Positions 19,178 to 29,387 are shown, counted from the stretch's first letter. The stretch is DNA of 64,000 nucleotides from Actinomycetes bacterium (GCA_029263055.1 JAJCYG010000099.1:64083-128082), one strand, 5' to 3'. Translations and numbers: made by a program. Notes: generated by a model not told the origin, from the sequence alone.

Positions 19178-20725
19178 TTATACGAAGCTTGAGCCTTTCT
19201 TTTGTTTGCCCTTTTTTTGGCTATAATACAACACTTTGTTACATGCATTCAAATAGGCTTTTGCACTCGCTTCAATCACGTCCGTTGAAGCTGACTTGCC
19301 AATGGCTGTTCCTTTAGAGGTTTTGACTCGCACAGAGACTTCGCCTAAGGCATCTTTGCCTCGTGTGACAGAGTGAATATTGTATTCTAAAAGTTCCCCT
19401 TTTAACCCAACAATGCGGTCAATGGTCTTTAAAGCGGCATCCACAGGTCCATCGCCACAAGCGGCATCTTGAATCACTTTTTTATCTTTGATCAATTTGA
19501 CAGTGGCTGTTGGAACGGTTTTGTTTCCACTTGAAACGCTAATATATTCTAATGAGTAAGCTTCAGGAATAGAAGAGATCTCATCTTCAATGATGGCGGT
19601 TAAGTCTTCATCATAGATGGTCTTCTTTTTATCGGCTAATTTTTTAAAGCGTTCAAATGCTTGATCTAATTCTTTATCAGAAAGTTTGATCCCTAATTTG
19701 TTCAAGCGAGACTTAAAGGCGTGACGGCCTGAATGTTTTCCCATCACTAACTTGCTTTCAGACAATCCCACATCAGCCGGGTTCATGATTTCATAGGTTT
19801 CACGTTCTTTTAAAATACCATCTTGGTGAATGCCTGATTCATGAGCAAATGCGTTTTCACCCACGATTGCTTTATTGGGTTGAACGACCATGCCAGTGAT
19901 TAACGAAACCATTCGAGATGCTTTCATGATCTCTTTGGTTTTGATGTTGGTTTTTAAACCTTTAAAATAATCTTTACGTGTTTTAATGGCCATGGCAATT
20001 TCTTCCATGGAAGCATTACCGGCACGCTCGCCAATGCCGTTAATGGTGCATTCGATTTGTCGGGCGCCGTTTTTGACTGCTTCTAAAGAATTGGCAACAG
20101 CCAACCCTAAATCATTATGGCAGTGCACACTGATGATTGCTTTATCTGTTGCCGGGGCATGTTCTCTTAAGTAGCGGATTAATTTTCCGAATTCTCCTGG
20201 GATAGCGTAGCCAACTGTGTCAGGAATATTAACGGTTCGAGCCCCTGCTTTAATCACAGCTTGAACTACCTGGGCCAAAAAAGCAGGCTCGGTGCGTGAC
20301 GCATCTTCAGGTGAAAACTCCACATCAGTGGTGAACTTCCGTGCATATTTCACAGAATCAACCGCTTGTTTTAATATTTCATCTTCTGCTTTTTTTAATT
20401 TGTATTTCATGTGAATTTTAGAGGTGGCTAAAAAGACATGGATCCGACGGTTTTTATTCTTTTTTAAGGCTTCAGCCGCACGATCAATATCTTTCTTTAA
20501 AGAGCGAGCCAACCCAGCAATAGTAGGGCCTTTAATCTCTTTAGCAATGGTTTGCACTGCTTCAAAGTCACCAGGTGAGGCAATAGGAAAGCCTGCTTCA
20601 ATCACATCGACATTTAAGCGAGACAATTGTTGGGCCACTTCAAGCTTTTCGCGCAAGTTCATACTGGCGCCTGGGCATTGTTCTCCATCACGTAAAGTTG
20701 TGTCAAAAATTGTAATATTTTCCAT
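19178..20725 (-). CDS. 2-isopropylmalate synthase / citramalate synthase (LeuA/CimA family, with C-terminal LeuA-dimer regulatory domain)
   Basis: 515 aa; DRE-TIM metallolyase N-terminus [34 protein letters not shown]; no other leu genes in the window, so LeuA vs CimA is undetermined. Confidence 0.8.
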   Translation of the reverse strand: MENITIFDTTLRDGEQCPGASMNLREKLEVAQQLSRLNVDVIEAGFPIASPGDFEAVQTIAKEIKGPTIAGLARSLKKDIDRAAEALKKNKNRRIHVFLATSKIHMKYKLKKAEDEILKQAVDSVKYARKFTTDVEFSPEDASRTEPAFLAQVVQAVIKAGARTVNIPDTVGYAIPGEFGKLIRYLREHAPATDKAIISVHCHNDLGLAVANSLEAVKNGARQIECTINGIGERAGNASMEEIAMAIKTRKDYFKGLKTNIKTKEIMKASRMVSLITGMVVQPNKAIVGENAFAHESGIHQDGILKERETYEIMNPADVGLSESKLVMGKHSGRHAFKSRLNKLGIKLSDKELDQAFERFKKLADKKKTIYDEDLTAIIEDEISSIPEAYSLEYISVSSGNKTVPTATVKLIKDKKVIQDAACGDGPVDAALKTIDRIVGLKGELLEYNIHSVTRGKDALGEVSVRVKTSKGTAIGKSASTDVIEASAKAYLNACNKVLYYSQKKGKQKKGSSFV

Positions 20726-20809
20726 AATCTCTTCTTCTTAAATTAAACGCTCAAACTCCTTGAGTGGAAAGCATTATCCCTTCTTTTATGGCAAAAGTCA
20801 AATGGAGTT

Positions 20810-23692
20810 CTATAGGGAAGCTTCGACTGCAGAAGTAGGGAATATTTCTGATTCTAAAGGGATGTTTGAAATTAAAAAACGGTCTTGAACTGTTGAGAGG
20901 TATTTGGGAACGGTGGTGCGCCAAAAATAGTCTTCTTCTAAATCCTTAGAAATTTTATCGAGTTGGCCTGAGGCGTCAGCAGAAATGATCTGGTTGATTA
21001 GTTCTAATTGGACCATGCCTCTTTTTAAAAACCGTTTGCTTTCTTTAAAATTACTTTTTTTAGCTAAGGAATAACTCTTTATAATATAGAGCTGAGCTAA
21101 TTGTTCTTTGGTTTTAATTGATAGGTATCGATGTTGTTGCTCAACTTTTTTTCTTCTAAGCCCATATTCTTTAGCTTGTGCCATGATTTCTTCTTGGTCT
21201 TTAAGTTGTAAATAGGCGGCAGCATAATCAACTTCATCTAAAATGTCTTCTTCTTGTTCTTCAAACTCTTTAAGTTCAGCAAGCTTTTGATAAAAACTGA
21301 GTTTATTCAAAACTCTAAAACTTTTAATTGCTGGGTTTAGGTAATAGAGGACTTCATCTGGATTAACCTCTTCTTTGCTTAGAGCATTTAATGCTTCTTT
21401 AAAATTAAAGGTATAGTTGTTGAAGTCCCCTTGTTTATTAAGGGGTAATCGTTGAAAAGAACTAAAGCTTGTTTCAAAAGATTTGGTTTTCTTTTTCCAG
21501 AGTGTTTGTCTAAAAAGATATTCTAAAAGACTTGTGTAAGTTGAGAATGAATTAAGTGAGCGAGGAGAAACCATGACGTTTGTTCTATATGAATAAATAA
21601 AAAGTAGAATAGAAATCTTAACAGTGAGCCATCCATTACTTAATTGTGATCTAGAAAAAGTATAGATTTTATAAACGATAAATGATGCTCCTACAATGAG
21701 TGCGGTAGAGGTGGAAAAGATTAAAATGGGTATAGAAAAAGTGACAAAGAGGAAAGTGAAAATGCCTGCACCACTGCTTATAAGAAAGTCTTTCCATCCT
21801 TTTTCTCTGCGGCTGGCTTTGGTGACTCCAATAGCCGCGATCAGGCCTATTCCTATTAATGAAGGATGGGTGTAGGGCCATAAGTTGTGAGTCCAATCAA
21901 TGAGGTCATATATGAATTTAAAATTCATCATGTTCCCTTCAGCAAGGAAAAGGGGAAAGAGTAGAGGCCATGCCATGGAGTTGAGTCGAACCCCATTAGA
22001 TTTTTTGGTTTTTGTTACAGAAGGTTTTTTCTTAATTTTAGGTTTGGCGCCAAATCGTCCTTTTCTTGGTTTCTTTTTAGGTGAAAGCGGTGCATAAAAA
22101 GAGGCTAGAATTCGGCTCTGTTTGCCTAAAAGTTCAGCAAGTTTGGCTAAGTTAAGATGAAGCACTTTGCCTTCGGTATAAAGAATGTTTTCTCCATTAG
22201 CAGGGAGGTTAAATGTGACAGCCCCTCGTCTATAGTTTGATTCAAAGACGAGATGTGTATCTGAATGAATAAAAATTTCTTCAGTGATGTACGCGCCTGA
22301 AGAAGTGGTTGTTTCAAAAACAATAGGAGTGGGTCCTTTAGAATGAAGGTAGCCAAACGAGATCCCTAAAGTGCGTGTTTTGTCAGAGCCAGGCGTAATA
22401 GCAAGAGCCATTTCATTTTCATGAGTGAGTTTGTTTTGGTTGTTTAGATGAAACAAACTTCCTTTGATGGGTCCATCGTCATATGTGAGCGAAATTTCAT
22501 GGTGTTGAATTTCGTCAGATTCTGTTGATGGGATAAAACGTCGATAAAGAGAATGGGTCCTTCCATTTCGAACGGTTTTCATGTTGGAGAGCATTGTTAG
22601 AAAATGTTTTTTTAAAGCTTCTTTTGCTTGGTAAAATCGCTCTAGCCATTCTATTCTTGTTTTTTCTTCTTCTGATAGTTCTGTTTCTTCAGGTGGTGTG
22701 GCATTGTTGTTTTGATCTTGATCTTGTTCTTTCTTGCTTGCTTGACTGTTTGAAAGCAGAGCTCTTAAATTAAGATTGGCTTTAAAAATTCTTTTAATGA
22801 AAGTGTCATTCACATAGCGTTTGATCAGTATGTCGAGATCTTTTCGATTCATGCCGGTTTTAGCTAAAATTTGTTCGTCTTTAAAAATAGGGTGTAACAT
22901 CAGGTGAATGTGCGCTCCAGTTGGGTTTTTCTCAAATTCTCTTAGCACAAGAGGGAGCATGCGAACTCTAAGGCGATCTGTTCTTACTTGCCATAAGTGA
23001 TTTAAGAAGTAGTGGAGTATTTTATCACGCATTGAAAAAGAAACAATTCCTTCAAACTGACTCACTTCAATTGTGGCGAGAAATTCTTCAAGTGCATCTG
23101 CTGTTTCATCAGAAAGAACTCTTTTTTCTTCATTAATGGTTTCAAGACCATAAGTAACGGTATCAATCCAAAAACTCTTTTTTCTTCCTGGTCCGTTTAA
23201 AACTCTCTTTGTTTGAATTTGAGGAACATGTTTGATTAATAAGTTTAGAGCCTTTTCATGACAGGCTTCATCAGGAGCTGTTTTAAGGACTAAGCCAAAG
23301 GCGCTCGCAAAGTAATAACTATCCAAATGTTCTTCTAAAAAGAATTGAAAGGGGGTGAGCAATCTAAAAAAATCTTCTGAATTTTCCACGACAACTTTAT
23401 CTAATCCTTCTAAAAGAAGGTTTCCATTTCTTCTATTGAGCTCATAATGACTATTGGCTTGTATGGTTAAAAATCTAAAAATCGCTTGAGGAGTTAAGTG
23501 GAGCCTTTGTTTTGTTTTCAACTTTAAAACAAATGGAGGTGAATCTGGTGTTTGAATTGTTTTGGGCACAGCTGTTTTAGGGGCCAAAAATGAGAGATGG
23601 CGCTGAGTTGCTTCAGGCACACCAAAAGTGATCAGCAAGAACAAGCTGATTGCTTTTATCCAAATGTTGAATCGATACTTACTTTTAGACAC
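20810..23692 (-). CDS. Large hypothetical protein (960 aa): signal/TM N-terminus, central cluster of hydrophobic helices, coiled-coil-rich C-terminus
   Basis: Long uninterrupted ORF with coding-like composition; no recognisable catalytic motif; central region (about aa 560-700) holds several closely spaced TM helices. Confidence 0.6.
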   Translation of the reverse strand: MSKSKYRFNIWIKAISLFLLITFGVPEATQRHLSFLAPKTAVPKTIQTPDSPPFVLKLKTKQRLHLTPQAIFRFLTIQANSHYELNRRNGNLLLEGLDKVVVENSEDFFRLLTPFQFFLEEHLDSYYFASAFGLVLKTAPDEACHEKALNLLIKHVPQIQTKRVLNGPGRKKSFWIDTVTYGLETINEEKRVLSDETADALEEFLATIEVSQFEGIVSFSMRDKILHYFLNHLWQVRTDRLRVRMLPLVLREFEKNPTGAHIHLMLHPIFKDEQILAKTGMNRKDLDILIKRYVNDTFIKRIFKANLNLRALLSNSQASKKEQDQDQNNNATPPEETELSEEEKTRIEWLERFYQAKEALKKHFLTMLSNMKTVRNGRTHSLYRRFIPSTESDEIQHHEISLTYDDGPIKGSLFHLNNQNKLTHENEMALAITPGSDKTRTLGISFGYLHSKGPTPIVFETTTSSGAYITEEIFIHSDTHLVFESNYRRGAVTFNLPANGENILYTEGKVLHLNLAKLAELLGKQSRILASFYAPLSPKKKPRKGRFGAKPKIKKKPSVTKTKKSNGVRLNSMAWPLLFPLFLAEGNMMNFKFIYDLIDWTHNLWPYTHPSLIGIGLIAAIGVTKASRREKGWKDFLISSGAGIFTFLFVTFSIPILIFSTSTALIVGASFIVYKIYTFSRSQLSNGWLTVKISILLFIYSYRTNVMVSPRSLNSFSTYTSLLEYLFRQTLWKKKTKSFETSFSSFQRLPLNKQGDFNNYTFNFKEALNALSKEEVNPDEVLYYLNPAIKSFRVLNKLSFYQKLAELKEFEEQEEDILDEVDYAAAYLQLKDQEEIMAQAKEYGLRRKKVEQQHRYLSIKTKEQLAQLYIIKSYSLAKKSNFKESKRFLKRGMVQLELINQIISADASGQLDKISKDLEEDYFWRTTVPKYLSTVQDRFLISNIPLESEIFPTSAVEASL

Positions 23693-23828
23693 GTCTAGAA
23701 CCTCTTATTAAACAGATACTTATATCAAATCGACCTGATTCTGTCAATGCTTGAATTGAGGCCAGCTTGACGGAGTGACATTCTTAACGTAAGTTGATCT
23801 TTGGAAGCAGTTTAGTTCATCAGGGAGG

Positions 23829-24131
23829 ATGAAAATGAAGCGTCAAAAAAGTTGGTTTTTAGGTTTGTTGATTGTTTTGGCATTAGTTGCCATGCCCTGT
23901 CTTGGAATGGCTGATGAAATGAAAGCCACACCTATTGCGACAGATGTAGGAGCGTGGGAACAGTTGAGTGGAGTTCTTATGATTCCAGTCGACATCTTGT
24001 TGGCCATGACTTATGCCGAGGGAGAAATGGCTGAAGAGGGCCGTCTTTACGAAGGGGATTATGCGCGCCATGGTTATAACCGCAAGCACGCTCGTTGGTG
24101 GGATCCCTTTTTCTTTCATCATGGAAAGTAG
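23829..24131 (+). CDS. Small secreted hypothetical protein (100 aa)
   Basis: AGGGAGG RBS 6 nt upstream of ATG; N-terminal signal-peptide-like segment WFLGLLIVLALVAMPCLGMA. Confidence 0.45.
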   Translation: MKMKRQKSWFLGLLIVLALVAMPCLGMADEMKATPIATDVGAWEQLSGVLMIPVDILLAMTYAEGEMAEEGRLYEGDYARHGYNRKHARWWDPFFFHHGK

Positions 24132-24138
24132 TTAAAAT

Positions 24139-24354
24139 GTGAAACAATTTTTTGTTTTAATTTTAATCTTAAGCCTTGCTTTCATTCCTATGGAAGTTCA
24201 AGCCAAAGAGGTGGATATAGAAATCAACCTCTTTACTATTGTAGATGATCTGATCGCACTCCCATTTGCGATTCTAAACATCATCTTAGGCCCTTCAGAA
24301 ACCACGCTCCCAACAGCCGAAGATGTCTCCGACCCAGACCCAATCATGATCTAG
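24139..24354 (+). CDS. Small secreted hypothetical protein (71 aa, GTG start)
   Basis: Signal-peptide-like N-terminus FFVLILILSLAFIPMEVQA; acidic C-terminus; low confidence (GTG start, no obvious RBS). Confidence 0.3.
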   Translation: MKQFFVLILILSLAFIPMEVQAKEVDIEINLFTIVDDLIALPFAILNIILGPSETTLPTAEDVSDPDPIMI

Positions 24355-24452
24355 CAGCTTGTGGATAACCGGGGTCAGGCCCCGTTATCCACAGGCCGTG
24401 TCTTTGAAAGCATTTGTTTAACTCCTTAAAGGCAGTGTGTTAAACTCTTTTT

Positions 24453-25112
24453 ATGTTTCCTACTTTAGTCCGTGATTTTAAAGCTGTTTTTGAAAGAGAT
24501 CCTGCAGCCCAAGCTACCTTGGGGTGGCTTGAGGTTTTGTTGAGCTACTCGGGTTGGCATGCGGTTTTTGCGTATCGCTTTAATCATATTTTAAAAACAA
24601 AGTTACATATTCCTGTGTTGCCGCGTTTGCTTTCTCAAATTGTAAAAATTTTTACCGGTGTTGAGATTCATCCTGCGGCACAAATTGGAAAAGGTTTTTT
24701 TATTGATCATGGCATGGGTGTGGTGATTGGGGAGACAACTGAAATTGGCGATGATGTGACTATTTTTCAAGGTGTTACTTTGGGTGGAACCGGTAAAGCG
24801 GTTTGCAAACGACATCCCACGATTGGAAACAATGTGACGATTGGTGCGGGAGCAAAAGTTTTAGGCGGGGTTAAGATTGGAGACCATGTTAAGATTGGTG
24901 CCGGCTCTGTTGTTGTGCACGATGTACCAGCTAATTGCACGGTTGTCGGTGTGCCGGGTCGAGTGGTCCGCCGAAAAGGAAAAGAAGTTCCTAATATTGA
25001 TTTAGATTCAGCAGACTTACCTGATCCTTTGATTGGAAAGTTGGCTAAGATCCAACGTGAAATGCATTCTATAGAAAAATATATCGAAGAACTTAAGAAG
25101 GGTAAAAAGTAG
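24453..25112 (+). CDS. cysE: Serine O-acetyltransferase
   Basis: 219 aa; SAT N-terminal domain plus left-handed beta-helix hexapeptide repeats (GVEIHPAAQIGKGFFIDHGMGVVIGETTEIGDDVTIFQGVTLGG). Confidence 0.85.
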   Translation: MFPTLVRDFKAVFERDPAAQATLGWLEVLLSYSGWHAVFAYRFNHILKTKLHIPVLPRLLSQIVKIFTGVEIHPAAQIGKGFFIDHGMGVVIGETTEIGDDVTIFQGVTLGGTGKAVCKRHPTIGNNVTIGAGAKVLGGVKIGDHVKIGAGSVVVHDVPANCTVVGVPGRVVRRKGKEVPNIDLDSADLPDPLIGKLAKIQREMHSIEKYIEELKKGKK

Positions 25113-25483
25113 TGACCGTTGTCCGCAAAAAATTAGGTACCTCTTCTGAAAATCTTGCCTCTGAGTATTTAATTCGTCAAGGATTTCAACTCATAGAAAA
25201 AAATTATCGTTGTCCGATTGGCGAAATTGATTTGATTGTTCGTGATCAAAGCCATCTTGTTTTTGTGGAAGTGAAGTCAAAACGATCCATTAAATATGGT
25301 ATACCTGCTTATGCTGTTAATTGGCGCAAACAAAATAAATTAGTTCAATTAGCTAAGTGGTATTTGAAATCAAATAGAATCGATAAACAGTCTTGCCGAT
25401 TTGATGTGGTATCGATCCACTGGCCTCTTGGAGAAGAGGCCGAGATCAAACATGTTCGAAATGCCTTTTCTTCCCGCCGCTAA
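25112..25483 (+). CDS. yraN: YraN family (UPF0102) predicted endonuclease
   Basis: 123 aa; AEYLIRQGFQLIEKNYRCPIGEIDLIVRDQSHLVFVEVKSKRS matches the UPF0102/YraN restriction-endonuclease-like fold. Confidence 0.75.
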   Translation: MTVVRKKLGTSSENLASEYLIRQGFQLIEKNYRCPIGEIDLIVRDQSHLVFVEVKSKRSIKYGIPAYAVNWRKQNKLVQLAKWYLKSNRIDKQSCRFDVVSIHWPLGEEAEIKHVRNAFSSRR

Positions 25484-25723
25484 TTAATCGAGTTTGGAGT
25501 GAGAGCCATCACAAAAGGGTGATCCTTGAGTGTGCTTACACTGACAAAGAGCCACTTTCTTTTTCTCATCAATTGTAAATGGGAGAGGGGTGAAATCTGT
25601 TCCTGCATGCCCGCCATCACAAAAAGGTTGGTTTTGGGATAAACCGCATTGGCACCATTTATAAGTACCTGCTTCTAGTTCGATGACAGCTGGTTTTTTA
25701 TCGGCTATTTTGGGATCACTCAT
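25484..25723 (-). CDS. CDGSH iron-sulfur domain protein (two CDGSH-type motifs)
   Basis: CQCGLSQNQPFCDGGHAG and CQCKHTQGSPFCDGSHS; likely start at the internal Met (MSDPKIADKK, nt 25723) rather than track start 25771, which would overlap the upstream gene by 56 nt. Confidence 0.7.
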   Translation of the reverse strand: MSDPKIADKKPAVIELEAGTYKWCQCGLSQNQPFCDGGHAGTDFTPLPFTIDEKKKVALCQCKHTQGSPFCDGSHSKLD

Positions 25724-26663
25724 TGTTTTCTCCTTTTGCTCGTATCCATTTTTTAATAGAGAAATAGTCACTTTGTTTTGAAAACCAATCTAAGGTCCAA
25801 GTCTCTTTCATGGAAAAAGTCTCTTTTGGTTTTAGTTTAATTAAAGGGCTGTGCACCTCTACTTCAAAGTAGGGGAATGAGCCTGAGTCAAAAACTTCAG
25901 TCACACATTCGTGAGGATAATCTGTGCTTAAGTTGGTTTCAAATGTTTTTAAGTAACCGAGCCATTTATCTTGATCTGTTTCTAATAGCGCACAAATCCA
26001 GCCTTCATCACTGTCATTTCCATATTTAAAGTTTTCTTTTTGATCGCAGTTTAAAATAACAATGTCTTCATTGAAGCTAAGGTGACTCTCTTTGTTTTTT
26101 GTTGAAAGCCCTTCGTCATCATAACCTTTAACTTTTTTATCAAATTTAGAACTGTGGTGAAGTGGCATGAGTACTTTACCAGGTCCTTTTATTTGAGTGA
26201 CATCCCAAATGCCCCAAGAGGCTTCCTCTGAATTATGATTGGTCATGGTTTGATCCACATGAACTTGTCCTGAATCAGAAAGTGAAATTGTTCTTCCAAA
26301 CTGCATGCCTGTTTCTCGGCAAATAGGGCTGGTTAAGATGACTGCATTTTGATCAATGGTATAAGCATAAGGTCCACTGTCTAAATCAAAGAAGGGGAGT
26401 TTGTCATTCCAATTATCTTGAGGGGCAAGCCATGTTTTATATCCACCATAATGAAGCCAGCCTAAATCTTTTTTATGAGCAGGGGTTTCTAATTCAAATT
26501 TCTTTCCATGTAATTCTGGAAGCGTAAAAAAAGTTTCAATATCATCTAAAGTCAGGCTGATGATGCGGCCACCAATATCAGGTGTGATTTCAAGCGTGAT
26601 CCGGTCAGTTTTTAACTGAAGGCTTTTCCATCCGTGACATTCTTGTTCTTTGATTTGATTCAT
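25716..26663 (-). CDS. Hypothetical protein (315 aa), probably all-beta
   Basis: Coding-like ORF, 8-nt overlap with the CDGSH gene; no diagnostic motif recognised. Confidence 0.55.
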   Translation of the reverse strand: MNQIKEQECHGWKSLQLKTDRITLEITPDIGGRIISLTLDDIETFFTLPELHGKKFELETPAHKKDLGWLHYGGYKTWLAPQDNWNDKLPFFDLDSGPYAYTIDQNAVILTSPICRETGMQFGRTISLSDSGQVHVDQTMTNHNSEEASWGIWDVTQIKGPGKVLMPLHHSSKFDKKVKGYDDEGLSTKNKESHLSFNEDIVILNCDQKENFKYGNDSDEGWICALLETDQDKWLGYLKTFETNLSTDYPHECVTEVFDSGSFPYFEVEVHSPLIKLKPKETFSMKETWTLDWFSKQSDYFSIKKWIRAKGENNE

Positions 26664-26716
26664 AGTTGCGACTCAATAATGATTTCCATGCTTATTTGAT
26701 TGGCCTATAATAGCAC

Positions 26717-27364
26717 ATGCTTTGTCCTCTATGTGAATCACAAAAGTGTGCTCTCTTCTATGAGAGAGAAGATAAACGATATGGAACGCGAGTCTATATT
26801 CGGTGTGGTGAATGCCGTTTGATCTTTCTTTCGCCCGAACATCGTTTTGATTTGGAGCAAGAAAAAACGCGTTACGATACTCATGAGAATGATCCGAATG
26901 ATCCTGGGTATGTTGCTTTTTTAAGCAAGCTTGCCAATCCTTTAAACGAACAGTTAAAACCAAGCGCGCAGGGTCTTGACTTTGGATGTGGCCCTGGACC
27001 TACAATGAAAGTTATTTTGGAGGAAAAAGGACACCACATTGAAAATTATGATCCGATCTATTTTTTTAATGAAGCATTGCTTTTAAAGCAATATGACTTT
27101 ATTACCTGCACTGAAGCAATCGAACATTTCTATCAACCTAAAAAAGAATTTGATCTGCTTAAAAAATGCCTGAAGCCAAATGGAATTTTAGGCATCATGA
27201 CTGAAGTTTTACATGATGAAAAAACCTTTCCTGATTGGTGGTATCACAAAGACCCGACTCACGTCTGTTTCTACCAGCCCCAAACTTTTGAGTGGATTGC
27301 TCAGTATTACAATTGGAAAAATGAGCCTGTCTCAAAAAATGTGGTTTTCTTTAAGCAGCTTTAA
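26717..27364 (+). CDS. Class I SAM-dependent methyltransferase with N-terminal zinc ribbon
   Basis: 215 aa; CPLC...CGEC N-terminal ribbon; SAM motif I LDFGCGPGP. Confidence 0.75.
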   Translation: MLCPLCESQKCALFYEREDKRYGTRVYIRCGECRLIFLSPEHRFDLEQEKTRYDTHENDPNDPGYVAFLSKLANPLNEQLKPSAQGLDFGCGPGPTMKVILEEKGHHIENYDPIYFFNEALLLKQYDFITCTEAIEHFYQPKKEFDLLKKCLKPNGILGIMTEVLHDEKTFPDWWYHKDPTHVCFYQPQTFEWIAQYYNWKNEPVSKNVVFFKQL

Positions 27365-27650
27365 CCACATGTAAAACTGTTTTTAGGCCAAACGGTTTGA
27401 GGTATTTGTCTAGGGTGGACTGTTTGGGGTGGCGGCGGCCTTTGACAAAATCGACAATGTTTGAAGGGGCTTGACCTGTGAGTTTGGCAAATTCTTTAAC
27501 TCCCATACTTTCGATAGTTACACGAAGAGCTTTATTAAGAGAAAAGCCATCTTCTCCTTCCATGAGTGTTTCTAAAAACCCTCTTCTATATTTTTTACTT
27601 AATTTTAATTCTCTACTAATAACAATGTCATAGTTTTTAGATCTTCTCAT
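27351..27650 (-). CDS. HTH-type addiction-module antidote-like protein (HigA/TIGR02684-like), apparently orphan
   Basis: 99 aa; C-terminal HTH (SMGVKEFAKLTGQAPSNIVDFVKGRRHPKQSTLDKYLKPFG) typical of killer-antidote pair antitoxins; no intact partner toxin ORF in the 170-nt upstream gap. Confidence 0.6.
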   Translation of the reverse strand: MRRSKNYDIVISRELKLSKKYRRGFLETLMEGEDGFSLNKALRVTIESMGVKEFAKLTGQAPSNIVDFVKGRRHPKQSTLDKYLKPFGLKTVLHVVKAA

Positions 27651-27821
27651 TATAATGTCTCCAAAACTTTTTAGATTCCTTAATATCTTTGAATTGGCTC
27701 TTTTTCTGAAAGCTTATGAATCCATGATGTAAATGGTTGCCGCCCATTTGCATCAATATAAGCGTCGAATTTAGTTGTTTTAAAGTTATCAAAATAGATA
27801 ATTTAGGTCAAGTTTTTTCTC

Positions 27822-29387
27822 CTATTCTCTGGTTGTTTTCCAGAAGGAGCGATCGAGAGAGCGGAATTGGACCGCTTCAGCAATGTGAGTGGATTCGATT
27901 TGTGGTTTGGCTTCAAGGTCGGCGATGGTGCGGGCGACTTTTAATATTTTGTGAAAAGCTCGGGCGCTGATTTGGAGTTGCTTGATGGCTTGGTGGAGTA
28001 AGCGTTCGCTTTCAGAGTGGAGTGAGCAAAATTGTTTGATCTCTTTGGGAGACATGGCCGCATTAGTGTAGATGGGGATTTTTTGGAAGCGTTTTAATTG
28101 GCATTGGCGTGCAGATTCAACCCGTTCTCGAATAGAAGCTGAATTTTCTGAAGCTTCTTTTTTTTGAATCAGTTCCGTTGCTTTAACTGCAGGCACATTT
28201 AAATGAAGATCTATTCGGTCGAGTAGAGGCCCTGAAACTTTAGACCAATATTTTTGTACTTGTAGTGGACGGCATCGACAGGTTCGTTTTGCATTTGAGA
28301 AATGTCCGCAGGGGCATGGATTCATAGCCACAACAAGCATAAAGTTAGAAGGAAACACAAGCGTTCGAGTGGCGCGATTAATAGTGACAGTGCGCTCTTC
28401 CATGGGTTGGCGTAACACTTCTAAAGCATCACGTCTAAATTCAGGCAGTTCATCTAAAAAAAGAACGCCATTGTGTGACAAGCTTACTTCACCGGGTGTG
28501 GGATAGGCGCCGCCGCCAACCAAGCCAACGCTAGAGATGGTGTGATGAGGTGAGCGAAAAGGGCGCGTTCCTACAATCCCATTTTTAGGGGATAGTTTTT
28601 TTGAAATGCTATGAATTTTAGTTGTTTCTAAAGCCTCATCTAAAGACATGGCTGGCAAAATAGTGGGGAGTCGAGAAGCAAGCATTGTCTTACCTGCTCC
28701 GGGAGGACCCACCATTAATAAATTATGTCCACCAGCAGCAGCGATTTCCATGCCGCGCTTTACGTGATGTTGTCCGCGTACTTCGGCAAAATCAATCGCA
28801 TAACTAATTGAGTGAGTGAGTTCCATTGGATTATATGGAGTGGCAATAATTTTTTTATTTCCGTTTAAGTAATCCATTGTTTCTTTTAGTGTTTCAACCG
28901 GAATAATAGAAACACCTTCAACCACACTTGCTTCAGTTGCATTTTGTTTGGGTAAAATTAAACGTTTGATATTTTGTTGTCGACAAAACATGGCAACATT
29001 TAATGCTCCTTTAATCGGTCTCAAGCGGCCATCTAATGCAAGCTCGCCTAAAAAAAGAGTTTTCTCTAAAGCGGTTTGTTCAATTTGATTTGAAGCCGAT
29101 AAAATACCGAGTGCAATGGGCAGGTCAAAACTAGCCCCTTCTTTTTTAATTGAAGCGGGAGCTAAGTTAATGGTGACTCGATCGACTGGGTAGACAAAGT
29201 CACTGTTTTCAATGGCAGCTTTGATTCGATCCCGGCTTTCGCGAATAGTGGAATCTGGCAATCCAATAATCACCTCTGTTGGCAGCCCGTTTGAAATATC
29301 AACTTCGACTTCAATAAAGTAGCCTTCGACACCAAGTACTCCTGCAGTTAAAACATGCGTCATCATATTGACCTCCAGATGTGACAA
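27822..29387 (-). CDS. YifB/ComM family Mg-chelatase-like AAA+ ATPase
   Basis: 521 aa; Walker A GPPGAGKT, Lon-like N-terminal domain, C-terminal ComM domain with CxxC (NPCPCGHFSNAKRTCRC); true start probably the internal MMTHVLTAGVLG (about nt 29366). Confidence 0.85.
   Translation of the reverse strand: MSHLEVNMMTHVLTAGVLGVEGYFIEVEVDISNGLPTEVIIGLPDSTIRESRDRIKAAIENSDFVYPVDRVTINLAPASIKKEGASFDLPIALGILSASNQIEQTALEKTLFLGELALDGRLRPIKGALNVAMFCRQQNIKRLILPKQNATEASVVEGVSIIPVETLKETMDYLNGNKKIIATPYNPMELTHSISYAIDFAEVRGQHHVKRGMEIAAAGGHNLLMVGPPGAGKTMLASRLPTILPAMSLDEALETTKIHSISKKLSPKNGIVGTRPFRSPHHTISSVGLVGGGAYPTPGEVSLSHNGVLFLDELPEFRRDALEVLRQPMEERTVTINRATRTLVFPSNFMLVVAMNPCPCGHFSNAKRTCRCRPLQVQKYWSKVSGPLLDRIDLHLNVPAVKATELIQKKEASENSASIRERVESARQCQLKRFQKIPIYTNAAMSPKEIKQFCSLHSESERLLHQAIKQLQISARAFHKILKVARTIADLEAKPQIESTHIAEAVQFRSLDRSFWKTTRE

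Noticed and set aside
27651-27821. Possible partner toxin (RelE/killer-protein-like) upstream of the antidote-like HTH gene
   Set aside because: The only open frame there (42 codons, ...KFDAYIDANGRQPFTSWIHKLSEKEPIQRY*) has no start codon and is too short for a RelE-family toxin. At best it is a decayed remnant.
27737-27970. 77-aa plus-strand ORF overlapping the 3' end of the YifB/ComM gene
   Set aside because: Overlaps a confident gene on the opposite strand and has no RBS or motif.
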